Positions 39,464 to 53,434 are shown, counted from the first letter of the whole stretch. The stretch is DNA of 62,921 nt, filler included, from Rhabdomonas costata (GCA_019059605.1; 28 parts of 28 records of this genome joined end to end with filler, not necessarily neighbours in it), one strand, 5' to 3'. The notes: a model not told the origin generated them from the letters alone. Numbers and translations: made by a program.

Positions 39464-40529
39464 TTCCTATAGGAAGGCCGACTCAGAGGACTCGAAGGGG
39501 CGGTGGCAAGGGTAGAAAAGAAGAGTAAAGAGGCGGCAAGAAATTACCAAACAAACAAAAGAGAACAAAAAGGGAGGGAGTCCCGAGAAGACCGGATGGG
39601 GGATGCGATCACTGCATAACGTGAGGAATCAGGATTGCTTCGCGAGGTTACCAGGGTGACTTCCCCCTTGGAAATTGGGAAATTGGGTGGGTTCAACTTT
39701 TCTGCTCACCTTTTTGCTTCCTTGCATTACCTTGTACTAAACGAGATATCTTGACCACCGGGGATTTCGGGCAACCCCAGTCTTTTTTTTATTATGGTCC
39801 GATCACCAATCAACATTCAACTCCCTACCACCACCAAATTCACGCAGAGAACAGAAGACCAAACTTACGAATTCGCTTGAAAATTACCAACTGAGTCGCA
39901 ATGCCACCACTCCCAGCAACTGATGAAGGCACACATCCAGCATGCATGGACCTGCTTCAATGACTGGTGCACAGGTTTTGCTCGGAAAGGATGAGGTACA
40001 ACTGAAAGGCCACCTCGGCCAGAACAGAGGGGTGCATTGGTTCTCCTCCTTAGCACACGACTTTTATCAGCGCACAAGTGGGTAACACAAAGGAGGAACG
40101 AGGGGAAACATCCTAAACTAAAAAGTGCAGATGACGTCAGACATTTCCGCCATTTCCATTGGCTCCGAAGAAAAGAAAGAAGTAGACCCTTCCCTAACGG
40201 CAAACCATCCTCGAATGTAAAAAGAGTGCGCGTGTCCGAGACTGAATCGACGACACAGAGCACGTCCGCTGTGATTTGCTGCTGGTGGTGGGGAGGGTGG
40301 TGGTGCAGGGATACCCCGCACCTCTCACCGCAGCAAGATTTTTTCACCTTCAGGCGCCCTGCACAACACGGTAGACCTACCAAACGGACCCACCCAGCGC
40401 GCCATTTCAAAGGCACCAACAAACNNNNNNNNNNNNNNNNNNNNNNNNNNNNNNNNNNNNNNNNNNNNTTAATTAATTAANNNNNNNNNNNNNNNNNNNN
40501 NNNNNNNNNNNNNNNNNNNNNNNNCCCCT

Positions 40530-40670
40530 ACCCTTCCGAGAACCCCGAGAACCATAAGTGTGGTTTGAGCCATCGCCCGCGGTGAAAGACCACAGCTTCA
40601 CCTCCTGCGTCACGTTCCTTGTGGGGCCGTAGAACGCATGTTGTGAGCGGTTGAGTTGGGTCCAATGCAC
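40530..40670 (-). CDS. Possible start of a PQQ-like beta-propeller protein
   Basis: HWTQLNRSQHAFYGP...KLWSFTAG loosely resembles the W...H.G...GP....W.F.TG leader; short and truncated. Confidence 0.25.
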
Positions 40671-41275
40671 ACGCCTTGGAGCGGGTGGGTTCTGCTTGCC
40701 TGGTCTTTTTAGCTTTTTAGCTCTGGTCCTTTTCTTTTGAGGTAGTACCGCCCTGCGAACCGTCGAGCTAGTGACATGCGTATGAATTTGATGAGATCAA
40801 CTTGACAGGCTCATTTTTCGAAATCCTCATGATCGATGTGAGACATCCGCTTGCTTCAGCGGGCCCCACAAGAACTGTGTTCTTAATAGTGAGTTTGTTT
40901 TTGAGGACCATGCGCTTTTTGTGAGGGCGTGTGCGCGAATCAGGTGTGCTTGTGGTTAATGTGGACCCTCCAACAGTGGAGAGATTCCTTGAAGACAAAG
41001 TAGCCGAGCACACACACGCCATAGTTGACGATGCTGCTTTATAGTTACGTGTCACTGACGCGAGCTATACTGCACGGTCGGCCTCTTTTACAATTTCTCC
41101 TGTATGCCGCAACCGTGGTAAATTGCGGCTGTGCTGTGATTTACTTCCCCTCTATCTTAGGGTGTGGTCCTCTGCACCTTTACTTTTTTGTCGCTTGCCC
41201 ATTTCCTTGTCTTTTTTGCATTTTCCCCTCCCTCGCCTTCTCCTCTCCCCTCCTTTGGGGTTCCGGCATGGGTAG

Positions 41276-42674
41276 GCGGCAGCGGATCATCTCCACGGTG
41301 ACCTTTCGGGAGCTCTCCCTGAGCTGCGAGGCAGTGCCCTCCTGTGGGGTACCTGTGCTGGACCTGCAGCACCAGACCCTGCGCTCGATGCACAACAGCC
41401 TGGCGATGCTGTGCGATGCTGGGCAGCAGCAGCAGCCACAGCAGCAGGAGCAGGAGTGCAGCGAACATTCCCCTGTGGCCGCCCACAACCTGAGGGTCGT
41501 GGAATCCCTGCGGAGGCTGCTGCAGACCTGTGAGCGCCACTTCGCACTGGAGCAGCAAGTGAGTGTGAGTACATCGCTTCCTTTTGCACTCACTCAGATC
41601 AGGGGCAACGAAAGAAGACATGTCCACATTTCATATTTTGAGTCGTGCTCACTTGTTTATTCTTGTTTGGTCCCTCCCTCTCGTTTTGCTCTCGTGGTGG
41701 TGATTTGCGCGTTGTCTTGGAGCAAGTAAGTTGGGATACATGCCCGGAGACCGCATTGTGGCGAGATCAGCAAGCACATCTTGAGCGGGGTGGGGGGCAG
41801 TTAGTCATTGGTGATCCACGTTCACTCGGCACTCGGAATTTCACAATTTTATTGATTCCCCCCCCTCCTTCCTCCCTTCCCTATGTGTCACTGAGGTACT
41901 ACCCTCAGCATTGGGTTTGTATGTCGATGGAATGCAGCCATCCGCATTTTGACACATATGTTTCCGAGCCGCACCTGTCGGAAATATTAGGTCAAGCATG
42001 ATTGTCTTGGTCCCCAGGTTGTGTTAGGACAACAGAGCGGTGTGAGGAACTTGATATTTTTGTTTTGGGATTGCTGGAGTTGAGTATTCACTGGGGATGC
42101 CGTCAATGTTCAATGCTTTGCTCACTTCACGAAAATGAACTTTCCGGATTCACCGCGCATGTCACATTAGAGCGTAATGGGAGATCTGCCCCTCCCCCTA
42201 GTCGCCAGTTGCACCGGGGTGCAGAAAGCTTTATCCGCATGCATATCGCGCGTCGTCTCGTACCCAAAACCCCTTTTTTCTGGTCAATCTGCCGCCGCAA
42301 TACTCACAAGTGTTCACAGCGATTGTATGATGTGACTGATTGCCACCGCGCCCGTCTGCTATATCCACCGAAATATGGGCGATGCGGCAGGTGGGTACCC
42401 GAACCGCCCTCAGAAAGCTCCTGGAGTGAGTGCCCATGAAAAGTTGCAACCCTCTTCCCAAACTTAACCGAAAAGGTCATGCGGCAAGTGGAGTATCCCT
42501 GGTTCTCTCACATGTGTACGTTGCACATGGAGTTCTCGGAGCACACATCGGGGTGGCCCGCGGAGCTGCTGCGGGGTACGGTGCGGGTGGAGGACATTCT
42601 GGGGTACCTGAAAACCTGGCTGGACGAGCACGTGCAGGGGAATGGGCTCACCCCAACCTTGGCGCAGCACTGTG
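41276..42674 (+). CDS. Hemerythrin-like domain protein, 2 exons
   Basis: Exon 41276-41558 (CGVPVLDLQHQTL...RHFALEQQ) and exon 42476-end (VMRQVEYP...LHMEF...YLKTWLDEHV) follow the hemerythrin pattern G...D.QH, HF..E..M...YP, H..F, L..WL..H. Confidence 0.85.
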
Positions 42675-42776
42675 NNNNNNNNNNNNNNNNNNNNNNNNNN
42701 NNNNNNNNNNNNNNNNNNTTAATTAATTAANNNNNNNNNNNNNNNNNNNNNNNNNNNNNNNNNNNNNNNNNNNNGG

Positions 42777-43049
42777 GTTTGGTGGTCCGTCACCAGCACC
42801 ACGAAAAGTGTAGAGCTGCTGAGCAACCCCATGTTTCTGGGCACGGAGGGGCAGCAGACGATGTTCCACATGGAAGTGCAGAACGGGGTGGACATCTCGA
42901 GGTACTCGGGGTTGCCGGAGTCGGAGGTGGTGCTGGTGCCGGGCACTCGGCTTAAGGTGAAGGGGGTGCTTGACATTGTCCATGGGGCACACATTGTGCA
43001 CATGGAGGAGGAGCCCTCGCCGGGCATGCTGGACCTTTCTCCTCCCACG
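42777..43049 (+). CDS. NAD:arginine-type mono-ADP-ribosyltransferase (ARTC, R-S-E clade), C-terminal half
   Basis: VWWSVTSTT (STS-type motif), FLGTEGQQTMF, GVDISRYS and ESEVVLVPGTRLKV (ExE motif); donor acg|gtgtgg after 43049. Confidence 0.88.
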
Positions 43050-45025
43050 GTGTGGATCTCTCCATTTTCCCATACATTATCCTGCGGAGTCCGATCAAGT
43101 CACAGGAACTCGCTTGCTGGCTGGACATTTCTTCTTGTGTGAACTCATTTATGAGAATTGCAGTCGAGGTCGTGAGAAGAAAATCTCAGGTGGGGATCAC
43201 GTTACAGTAGAGCATTATCCTTGTTTTCAAAATAGCATGCTTTTCTTTCTGCAGAGAGAGTCCGCAGCACGCATCCCTCCGGTCCCCCATTGTTCTTCCT
43301 TTTCCTCATTTTTTTTGTTCTCCGCCTCGAGGTTTGGCATCAGGTTTTTTAAAATCTCGCCTTGATTGGAAAGCCACTCTTCATCGTTGCCATAGTAGCC
43401 TTCCTTTTTATACCATCACATGTTTTTCATGGGCTTTGGCTTGTCACAGCTGTCGTTTGCAACGCCCCACTCACCACTGCCCTGCAACATTCCCTTGTAG
43501 CATCGGAGCTGGAACTCGCAAACCTGCTGTGGCAATACACTTGCGGACCACCGGATATGTCAAAATAAGTCTTAAAAAATAAGTCACTGTGTTTTGGTTC
43601 TTCGCTCCCGTTGCTCCGGCTGTCGCAGGATCCCGTTAAACCTTTTCAAGGACCTACACACTGAAATGCTGCATAGTGTAGTAAAGGGTACGAGTCTCCG
43701 GTGTTGCGAACATACCACGGGGGCATTTGAGGTCACTGATGGATGCTGAATGTATACGGCAACGGGGAGCGGACGCAGCCTGGGCCTACAGTTCTGCAGC
43801 GCAAGCGGAAATGCAGTAGTGTTCTTGGGTGGGTGTAGAGTAGCTAAGTAAGGTAGCACACTCCACGTTAACCCCTTCCGTAGCTTTCTGGCAGATATGT
43901 ATATGTTGACAAAACTCTTTTATGCCTTCATAATTGTTGGGCTCTCTGTCGTAATATTTCCGTTTACTACTCTGGCGCTTTCCTTTCCAGATTCCTGCCA
44001 GCGTGTTTAATGGGGTTTCGTGAAAGTGTGGCGACTCTTTGTTTTGGGTACTTGGTGACGCATGGGATCAGTTAGTTGATCAGGTCACCAGAGCAGTGGA
44101 GCCCCTGGAAGTGCGGGGATTGCGAAAGCGATGACACTCGATTCGAACGATTCTTTGTTATGTGGCACTTTTGCAGATCGATAAGTTGCGCCAATCCTGG
44201 TTGCCCCACGCAGCCGCGGCGGGATCACCGTTCTGCGCGTTGCACAGCTGACCGTTACTTTATCTATTTGTTCGACGTTTCGCCCCCTCCCTCGCACTCT
44301 GACGCACATCGCGCACGCAATTGTTAGCACCTCAACGTAATCACCTTAACCATGGGCTGCTGGCACCTTGCCCGGCGCTGCCACTGTGCCAACCGACATG
44401 AATTCCTCTTTTGGGAAATGGCTGTAAAGTTGCAAAAGTGTATCAACAAGGCTCTAAAATGGCACTTTGGGGGTTCTTTAAAGCTTTCGAAGTCGAAAGG
44501 CCCATGTGACAATTTTATGGCCCTTGGCCAATTCCACGACCTATTCGGCACCAATCTAGAAAAATAGTTTATCGGAGATACTTTTTTTTGGGAAAACGAA
44601 GCTTTTTTATCCTGATGACATGGGGGTTGTCTCCTGATGAAAATTTGAGACCTCTGACGCTGGTGCATGTATGCCCCTCCCCCTCCAAATAGGGAGCTAA
44701 CACCTATTTGAGCTGTGAACTTGTGTTTTCTTGGGCTCCTTCCCAAGAGTGCAGGGAGTCAGGTGATACACGGGTACCGTGGGATTGGAAAAAAAAAAGG
44801 GGCTTGAAATGGACAATAATTCTGTATCTCGTTACCCCCTTCCCCCGCCGGTCAATGTCATGCCCGAAAAAGTGCAGGGCCGGTAGGGACATACTACCAC
44901 CATGGTTTCCGTGCACCACCAACANNNNNNNNNNNNNNNNNNNNNNNNNNNNNNNNNNNNNNNNNNNNTTAATTAATTAANNNNNNNNNNNNNNNNNNNN
45001 NNNNNNNNNNNNNNNNNNNNNNNNG

Positions 45026-45145
45026 GTTTAACTACTCTTCACGTCTACAGTGAACTGCACCTGCATGTTTGTCTCAGATATCCCCCCCAAAAACTGCGAC
45101 AAACATGCAGGTGCAGTTCACTGTAGACGTGAAGAGTAGTTAAAC
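45026..45145. repeat. Perfect 48-bp inverted repeat with 24-nt spacer at contig start
   Basis: 45026-45073 is the exact reverse complement of 45098-45145. Confidence 0.95.
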
Positions 45146-48100
45146 ACCGAAGAAACCGGGGAAAATTTCAATGCCCTGAAATAATTCTGGTACTGACAAA
45201 AGTCTCAGTGGTGGCTCACGGCTCACGGCTCACGGCGGAGCCTACTAGTTTTTTTTTGGCTCATCGCCACACACAGGCCCAGACTCAGATGGACACCGCG
45301 TTCATCATCGCCGACATCCTCCGTGAGGTAAGTTAGCGTGGATAAACACCGGCGATGGGGGTGCCAATTCTGGGATGCAGCGTTTTCAGCCACGAGAAAG
45401 AGGGATGCGCTTTTGGTGACACTGACTGTGCAAGCATATTCATTTCGTGAAGCGGTGAGCGACTGAAACAACATCAATAGAAAGCAATTGGACGAGGGCG
45501 GGGGGGTGGAGCAACACACCGATGACATCTCGGTCGAAGCCAGTCAGGAGATAGATGGCGCTCCAAAACCACTCCGAGAAGGGCAGCGAGGCCTCCGGGG
45601 CCTCGGACGTGGGCGAACCCGTGGCAGAGCGCGTCCACTGAGAATCCATAGGCGACACATCGCCTGAGGGTGCGGAGGGTGCCGATCGATCTTTCATTTT
45701 GCAAGGGCGTCCACGAACATTCACAAGACAATCACCACACAGACAGACACACCACGCACAAGCGCACACGGACAGGCACACACACCACAGATACGAGGAA
45801 CCGACGCACAGAAAGCACTGCAGGTATCCCCCCTCCCACACACACAACGAGGCTCAATCCTCTCACAGATAGTACAAACTGAGAGTTGCAAACCTCCACA
45901 AAATAGAAAGCTTTATCTCTACATTGCTTTCAAGCGAAGCTCGTCTCTCTTCAGGTTGTCTCCAACTCTTTCTTTTCCCACTTTCATGCACTTTTCAAGG
46001 TTTTTAAAGGAACTCCATAGCAGAAAAGCTTTATTGAGGCACCAGCACTATGTAAAAACTTGATCTGCCAAACCAAACAGGCACGATTTCTGAAGCATCA
46101 TCAAGCGTGCTCCCCCAAACTTTTGCGCAGTGTTCGCCCCCTCCCCCTTCCCCTCCCCAGAGAGGTTCATCTTCTCCATTTTCCTAGAGACTGAAAAGCG
46201 TCGGCGGTCCCTCGTAACACAGCCCAGGGCAGAATCATTTCGCACAATGCGCGGGGGCTGGGATTTTGGTGCTCCTCTATTCTGGAAAGCACTGGGGAAC
46301 CCCTTACTCTCTCCCTGGTTGAGGTGGGAGGGAACAACGTGAAGGCTTCCTCAGAACGTCTCGGTAAACCAGCTGTGCACGACAAAAAGTCACACGCTTG
46401 ACTCCTGCGTCTCCCCCGGGGGAATCGTTCTCTCTGCATTGCCTTTGGCTTTTCCACAAGGCAAGCGAGCGACGGGGAGCGAAGGAAGGGCGAGCAGCAC
46501 ATTAGGATCCCTCGGAGCTTGCACCGCGATTTTCACTCGCTCACTTGCTCACTCCACCGGGAAGGCGAACGTTTGCAAGATCCGGGACGAGCGACTGAAA
46601 GACTTTGTGAGCATCCCCCGAGAGAGTATGCGCGATGATGGGGTTGAGATAGAGAGGTAAATGATGGTGTGAATAGAGGTGTCCGAACATGATGAGAGTC
46701 CCTTTGAGCGTCTGTGTCAGTCCAACATTACTGTACAGCCCCGGCATCAGTCCATAAAAAGCCGCACATCGGCACCCACACAGAGAGAAATAGACGAAGG
46801 AGCACATAAAAGACTGGATGGCCACCCACCCACCCAAGAGGGACAGTTGCGGCATTGCAGTTTTTCCAACCCAACACCCCGCACCACAACGCTGCCACTC
46901 GCAGATGGAGGTATTCAGGTACCCCCCCCCCCTTCAACCTTTTCCATCAGTTCCCTGTCTGAGAAAGCGAGGGGTGAAGAAGGGGAGGGGGGATGCCCCC
47001 CTTATTTGTCGTGCACACACACACATACGTACAGACGCAGAGCAAGCAAGCAGACGCGAAGCCATGAAGCGTATTGCAACTGCGTCCCCGGGGACCTCGA
47101 GAATCTCCAGGTCCACAGCTGTGATCCTCCTTCTCAGAAATTTCTCCACCCACACACCCATCCATCCACACACCNNNNNNNNNNNNNNNNNNNNNNNNNN
47201 NNNNNNNNNNNNNNNNNNTTAATTAATTAANNNNNNNNNNNNNNNNNNNNNNNNNNNNNNNNNNNNNNNNNNNNTTAGATGAAAGAAAGGGAAATATGTT
47301 TCGATGAGTGCTGGTCACTGCATGGCTTCACCGCCGCAGATGTTTGATTAAAACGTGAAAAGAACGAGCTTGGAATCCTTTCCTACTCAAGCTGTCCAGC
47401 GTATTGGGAATGGATGGCCGTTTATGGCGCAGCGAGACTGGCATCGTGACAGGAGATCCCCGTGTGACCTTCGAGTCACTCTTCAATAGCGTGCCCAGCA
47501 GGATGGAGGCAATGATGCAGTCACGTGAAGGTCATTCTGGGGCAATAAGGGCAACAAGAATAATCCTGCTGCATCAGGACCATCTCATTTCATCCAGGCT
47601 GGGGGCTCCCACCTGCCCAGGCTTACCCCTCTTGAGCAGCAAGGGCTTTCTCATCTCAAACAAAGTTGCGGGGGCTGGCATGGGCATTCTTCTAGAGCGT
47701 GTCCAGCATCGCTTGTCGTGGCCCCATCAGGGGAAATACCTCAGACCCATATGGAGACGAGCAACTGTTGAACATGGAGGTATGCTGGAGTGAATATGAG
47801 TCAGGGTCATTTTTCAGGGACACGGCATTCGGTGGAACGTTTTTGGGCTTTCATTAGCAACTTTCCGGGGGCCCACTGCCGCACAGGAAAAACAAAGTCG
47901 CCACACACAACCGGTTTTTTGGGACTTAGTGGTGATGGCGAAGAACCGGGGCATAGCCAGGCCCACGGCGGAGGGGTACATAACCGCGGAGTTACTCCCA
48001 GCGGGTTGCAGAGACACCGGACTTCCACTCGGGAGGCCGCCTGAGGAACTCAGTGTCTGCAGCATCACCTGAGAGGTGGAGAGAAAGGGCAGGAGGGTAC

Positions 48101-49777
48101 CCTGGAGCTGGAGGGTGCTTGGCCTTCTTTGGGCAGCAGAAATTTTCCACACGCACTTGCACAAACTGGCGCTCCGCAGGGTGTGTATGTGCGCTACTGC
48201 GACGTTTTGGGCGGCTTTGGGCAGTGGGACTGGCTAAGGGACTCGACTCATGGCTCAACCAGGCATTCAGAGCTAGCAAGTACTGGATTATATATACATA
48301 AGGCAAGACGGTTAATGCACCTCCCCTCAATGGTGCATAGAGGAACCTTCCTCGACCATTCTGCGGCAAGAGGTTCCCGTGGGTCCCTGAACCCTGCGTC
48401 GCGTCCATGACAAATTACATCCAACACTGCGCAAAAGTTTAAGAGGCAATCTCACAGCCACAATGCACACCCCGTAATGAGCGAGAGATGTAGAAAGAAA
48501 AAGGAGCACAATTCTCGCGCACCGCGGAAGAGGGAACCTGCTTCTGGTTGTTCCAGCAGAGAAGCACAGAGTCCACCAGAGTAGCTATGCTGGGACGCTG
48601 GAAAACACCAACACAGTCCATCGTCGCACCACAATGTCCCGAATTCTGTCCACCTCAAGAACAGCGCTCCTTCCTTTCAAGACTGGAAGTTGACTTCAAA
48701 AACTTCAAAAACTTCCCTCGCGTCAAAGTCTGGCTTGGATGTGAAAAGTGGAGGTACCAGTGAGGACCGTTGGTAATACGAAAAGAGAGAAGCCCGAAAA
48801 TCAGAATGGTCTTCTTGAATCAAAGGAAGAGCCACAGCACGCCAGTTGTCCAGTGCACACCTTCCCCACGTCCAGTGGTCCTATGGGCTCGCTGTAAAGC
48901 GTTCCAGCCCCGATGATTCTGAAGCATGAAAAAAGTGCCCGTATGCGCATGTGAAATGCAACGGTGGAAGTCTGCGCCGCACTTTCCAGATTCTGTCTCA
49001 CTTCTCGGCCCTTCATCTAACAGCCTGGGCAGATGGGTTGGAGCAACACCTCGATGACATCAACTCGAACGTGAATGCCGTAATTCTCTCATACGATTTT
49101 GGCTTACCCCGCACCTGTAGATAGTGAATCCATTGGCCAACCAGCTTACGGCCACATCGGAAGTTCCAGGGACAACGGAGGCCACGGGGTGCGGATCGAT
49201 GGCGTAGTCATCGAAAAGATCCACAGGAGAGCTCAACCGCACAGCCCCCGAGTAGTTCTGGAGCAGCATAAAGAGAGCACGCACACAATCCTATCGATAG
49301 TCCCGGTTTTTGGGAGTCTCGGATACAAAGCTTTTTCCGCCCATCGAGCCCTCTCATCTCATTGTAAAGTGCGGGAGTTCATACGACCAATTTACAATAG
49401 CTCAGTGCCAAATGGGCACCCTANNNNNNNNNNNNNNNNNNNNNNNNNNNNNNNNNNNNNNNNNNNNTTAATTAATTAANNNNNNNNNNNNNNNNNNNNN
49501 NNNNNNNNNNNNNNNNNNNNNNNTGTGTTTGTGAGACAGCCATATAGATTGGACCAGAGAGAGAGGTTGGCTGGGAACCGCGGTGTAATGCACCATTGAG
49601 GTTTCACAAGAACCCCTAGCAGCAGAGGGGTGATCCGTTCCCGAGAACTGGCCAGGCAGCGGGAGAGTATTTTGAGAACCCGCTAGAGACAGAAAAGACC
49701 TCCACGAAAACAATGCGTTCGGTTCGGGAAAAGTGTTTGAGTGCGTGCATGTGTGTGGACGGGGGGGTGTCTTACAG

Positions 49778-49882
49778 ATGGTTATGCTGCCGTGGGAGAC
49801 GTGGGCCCGGTTGGCCGGATGGCTGGGGTTGGGGATGCTGATCTACGTCTTCTACGGCCACCTCCACAGCAAGGCTGGAAAG
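49778..49882 (+). CDS. APC/cationic amino-acid transporter, C-terminal exon (AA_permease_C)
   Basis: ttacag|MVMLPWETWARLAGWLGLGMLIYVFYGHLHSKAGK|gt matches the L...TW.R...W...G..IY..YG..HS signature. Confidence 0.88.
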
Positions 49883-51380
49883 GTCTCTCGCCCTTCGCCC
49901 TTCTTTGTCCGTTGTGCCATGCCTCTCGCAGAGCCTTTTGCTCTGTGCTCTGTGTGCTTTTCTTTTGTAGGTTGGTATTATATCACACCATTGTAACCAG
50001 GTGGTGCTGGTGTACAGTTGCCCAAATATTTCAAAAGCCGAAGCTGAAGCTCATCGTCGTCCAGAATTCAACCACAGCGGGTAGAGAGGGAGGATTCAGC
50101 AAGGGAGGTTGTGGCACCCCAGAGCGGAGCCCTTTCCGTTCTCCACACCTGCTGTAGTGGCATGGGAGACGGGACTCTCGTTCCTCACAGCTTGTAGGCA
50201 TGGCAGGTCCAGTTGCAGATTGTGCGGATGGCTGTTGCGACGTATGAATTTTCAAGCACCCTTGAACGTACGCAAGCAAACTTAAAGACACCCACCACAT
50301 CCACAAGAAAACTTCTAGCACGAGCACACCAGTGGCCCTACAAACTGAAGACAACACCTCGTTGTATCTCTGCCACCTTTGCCTGTCTAGCCTTCACCAT
50401 TTCTGGCATTTCACAAGAACAATTCATCGTCAACATGGACAAATCAAACAGGGACCAAAAACGTGAAACCCCCGTGAAGGTACAATGCATGTCCTTTTTT
50501 TTTTTTTCACATAACAGCGCACTAATACAGTGACAAGCAAGTAGCAGGCATACCCTTCAGAACACCTTGCCATAGGACCTCAGCTCACCAAAAAAGCAAA
50601 AAAGGATGGGGTGTGCTGGGAAGGCAGCGCACAGAGTGTTCAGGGTACGCAAAAAGGCAATACAATAAATTTTGGGTGCTCTGTGACGTGCATATACGTA
50701 TAAGCATCCCATTCTGAGGAAATGCCTTGCTATGTAACATCAAGATTTTCGTTCGCAAAGAGAGCGAGAAAAGCGATGGGAGGGAAGGCGAGCAGGAAAG
50801 AAGTACCGCGTTGAGGGGTTGCCGTCGACGCGAAGGGGTCTGCACCTACCCACTGATGGGACTGCCCCCCCACCCCACCAAACAAATAAACATCCGCGCA
50901 TTGCAAACAAGCAAATAAGCGCAGGCTGCGCAAAGATGGAAGAAGGGAGCGAATTGGAATGGAGAAGGCAAGAGCAGTGAGGGCGGGTGAGTGTAGTATA
51001 TCAGAGGAGGCACACCCATTTTGTTTTGTAGTGGAGGAGGAGAAGGACAGCAGACTCATACATGAACTGACCCATGACGCAAGTACAGGGAAAAATGATG
51101 GTAAGCTGGGAAGCATAACCAGAGAGTAGAGAATGGGTTGTTGGGGCAAATCATAAATGGACGAAAGATTCGAAAGATTTTGAACTCTACGATATTCTCT
51201 ATTTTGGACTTAATGAAGATCAATTTTGGCGTCACTACACAACTGTCCCCAAAAATGGCCAAGTCAAGACTTTCCTTGTAATGCCGTCCAGCCGTCGCCC
51301 AGCGCGTCGTATCACCAAGATGAAAAACACCCAAAACGGCCAGTGAGAAGGGTTTTCGCACAGGACCTTATAATATAACC

Positions 51381-51484
51381 CCAGGCAAGTGAGTGATTTA
51401 ATTAAAAAAGAGAATCGCGTCTCTCTGGATGACTCATGATTTTATCACCGTGATTTAATCAATTTTGATTAAATCACGACCTGG
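51381..51484. mobile_element. Small palindromic MITE-like relic
   Basis: ccagg...gtgattta at the left end, aaatcacgacctgg at the right end, and an internal perfect palindrome cgtgatttaatcaa-tt-ttgattaaatcacg. No clean TSD. Confidence 0.35.
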
Positions 51485-53434
51485 TTAAAACTGAACGGAC
51501 GAGATACTGTGTTCAATCATTCCCAAAGTTTGTCCAGGAGAGTCTTGCGACCTCTGCGACGGGCGCATCTGAAACACAGAAGCCCGAGCGAAAAGGAAGA
51601 TGGTGGGGCCCACCCATCGGGGCAATCCGGCTGCGCCGTCATGGGACCCACTGGGTGAGCCACCCCCCCCANNNNNNNNNNNNNNNNNNNNNNNNNNNNN
51701 NNNNNNNNNNNNNNNTTAATTAATTAANNNNNNNNNNNNNNNNNNNNNNNNNNNNNNNNNNNNNNNNNNNNCCCTGCATTTCTGCCAACACTTCAGTTTT
51801 TGCAAAAAAAAAAAACGGCTGCTAGGGGGCAGTAGATCACTATACCCAACCCCCTTTCGGAAAACAACATCATGTGGTGGGTTCTAACCCCTGGGGAATA
51901 CCTCCCCAGAACACGTAAATTATGGTGCATGACGGTGTTAAAGCTGAGGCCTTTTCTTTTTGCCATTTGTGGCTCGCTTGACGATGGTTCTGTTTTCAAC
52001 GGTTGTCGTGTGTAGGTGGTGTCAGCGGCAGTGAGCTGGTTTTGAACGGCAGGTGAATTGCACGTTGCGATTCACCTAATTTTGCAATCTCTTCTTCCTC
52101 TCCTTCTCGTCGCAGCCTGCTCTTCCACCTCCTCAGAGATAATGACATCCTCGCACAGCCTCCTCCATGGCGCGCGCTTCGAGCTTGCCTTTCTATGCTA
52201 ACTTCTACGCTAACTTTTTGAGGCTTTATCCCCCTCCTTGCAGTTTGGTGCCAGCTGTACCTCCTCTGGATCCACTGCTGCCATTGCGATCATCACTCCG
52301 CTAGAGGGGGCACAAAAGCAATACGACGTGCAGGTTGCTGCTGGCTCCCTCTGTCCCTCCCTTCCCCTTGCCGTTCTTATTGCAGTGGTCTGATGCATGG
52401 CAACCCCTGGATCATAAAAAAATGATAATAAAAAGGAAGCCATATATGCGCAGGCTGTGTGCGGCTCCCTGCCACCCCGCTCCTCATATTCTATCGAGCA
52501 AATTATACCATGAATTGCATACGTTTCAGTGTGCGAAGTTGTCCAACTTCCGCCTGACTTCCGACTGTAGCTTGTTGGTTGACGATGGTCTCCGTGGTCA
52601 TAACTTCGAAATAAAGACGAGCGGCTAAAACCCACTGACTGGGCTGCCTCTGCTGGAATTGTGCGAGAGTAATGCCGGAGGTCTGTGGGGGTAAGTCTTG
52701 TTGTTTTCAGGAATCATGCCTTTGGGGTGTGAACCCTGTACTTCGAATTAATTCGAGTTTTCCAGGACACATTTTCCGGGACTAGGTGTAACCGACCGTG
52801 ACCATGAAAACCCGTGAAAAAGAAGGCTTACTGCGAAGAAGCGCATTACCTCACCACATGACCAATAGTTGGGGCAATTCCTCCCGAGGATCGATGAATG
52901 GCATCATTTCCCTTTGGCAAATGTATTTGACAAAACTGAAAATTTTGAAAGAAAAAGCGATCCTGAAAAGACCATAAATTCTGCATATTCGTCCCCTCTT
53001 CCCCTCTTGGGTCAGCGTTGGACGAAAACTTGCGCAAATACCGTAGACTTATATCAACATTGACTTTTCGGGGGATAGGAGGATGAAGTTGACGACATGA
53101 GCAAAATTTCCCATTTCTCCTATTTTTGTCTAATTAGAGACTATTTTGGACTAGTTGTTTTTCCGAATGTTGGCAAACTTCAAGCATTATAGTCCTTGGT
53201 CGTTTTAGGTCAAATTCGACTCTTTTGGAGGGCCTCTTGGAGACTTCACAAGCGATTAAGGGAGAGTCATGGTTCAAGAAGGAATTTCTGGGGTAGGACT
53301 TTGCTTTAGGATCAAACGAGCCGTCGGGGAACGAGTGCAGGAAAGTTTCAGAATTATTTGCGATTTTTTAATGTGGAGAGGATCCTCTTTAAATTCTGGA
53401 TTTTGCAGTCATTTTCTATTTTGTCACCGCAAAC

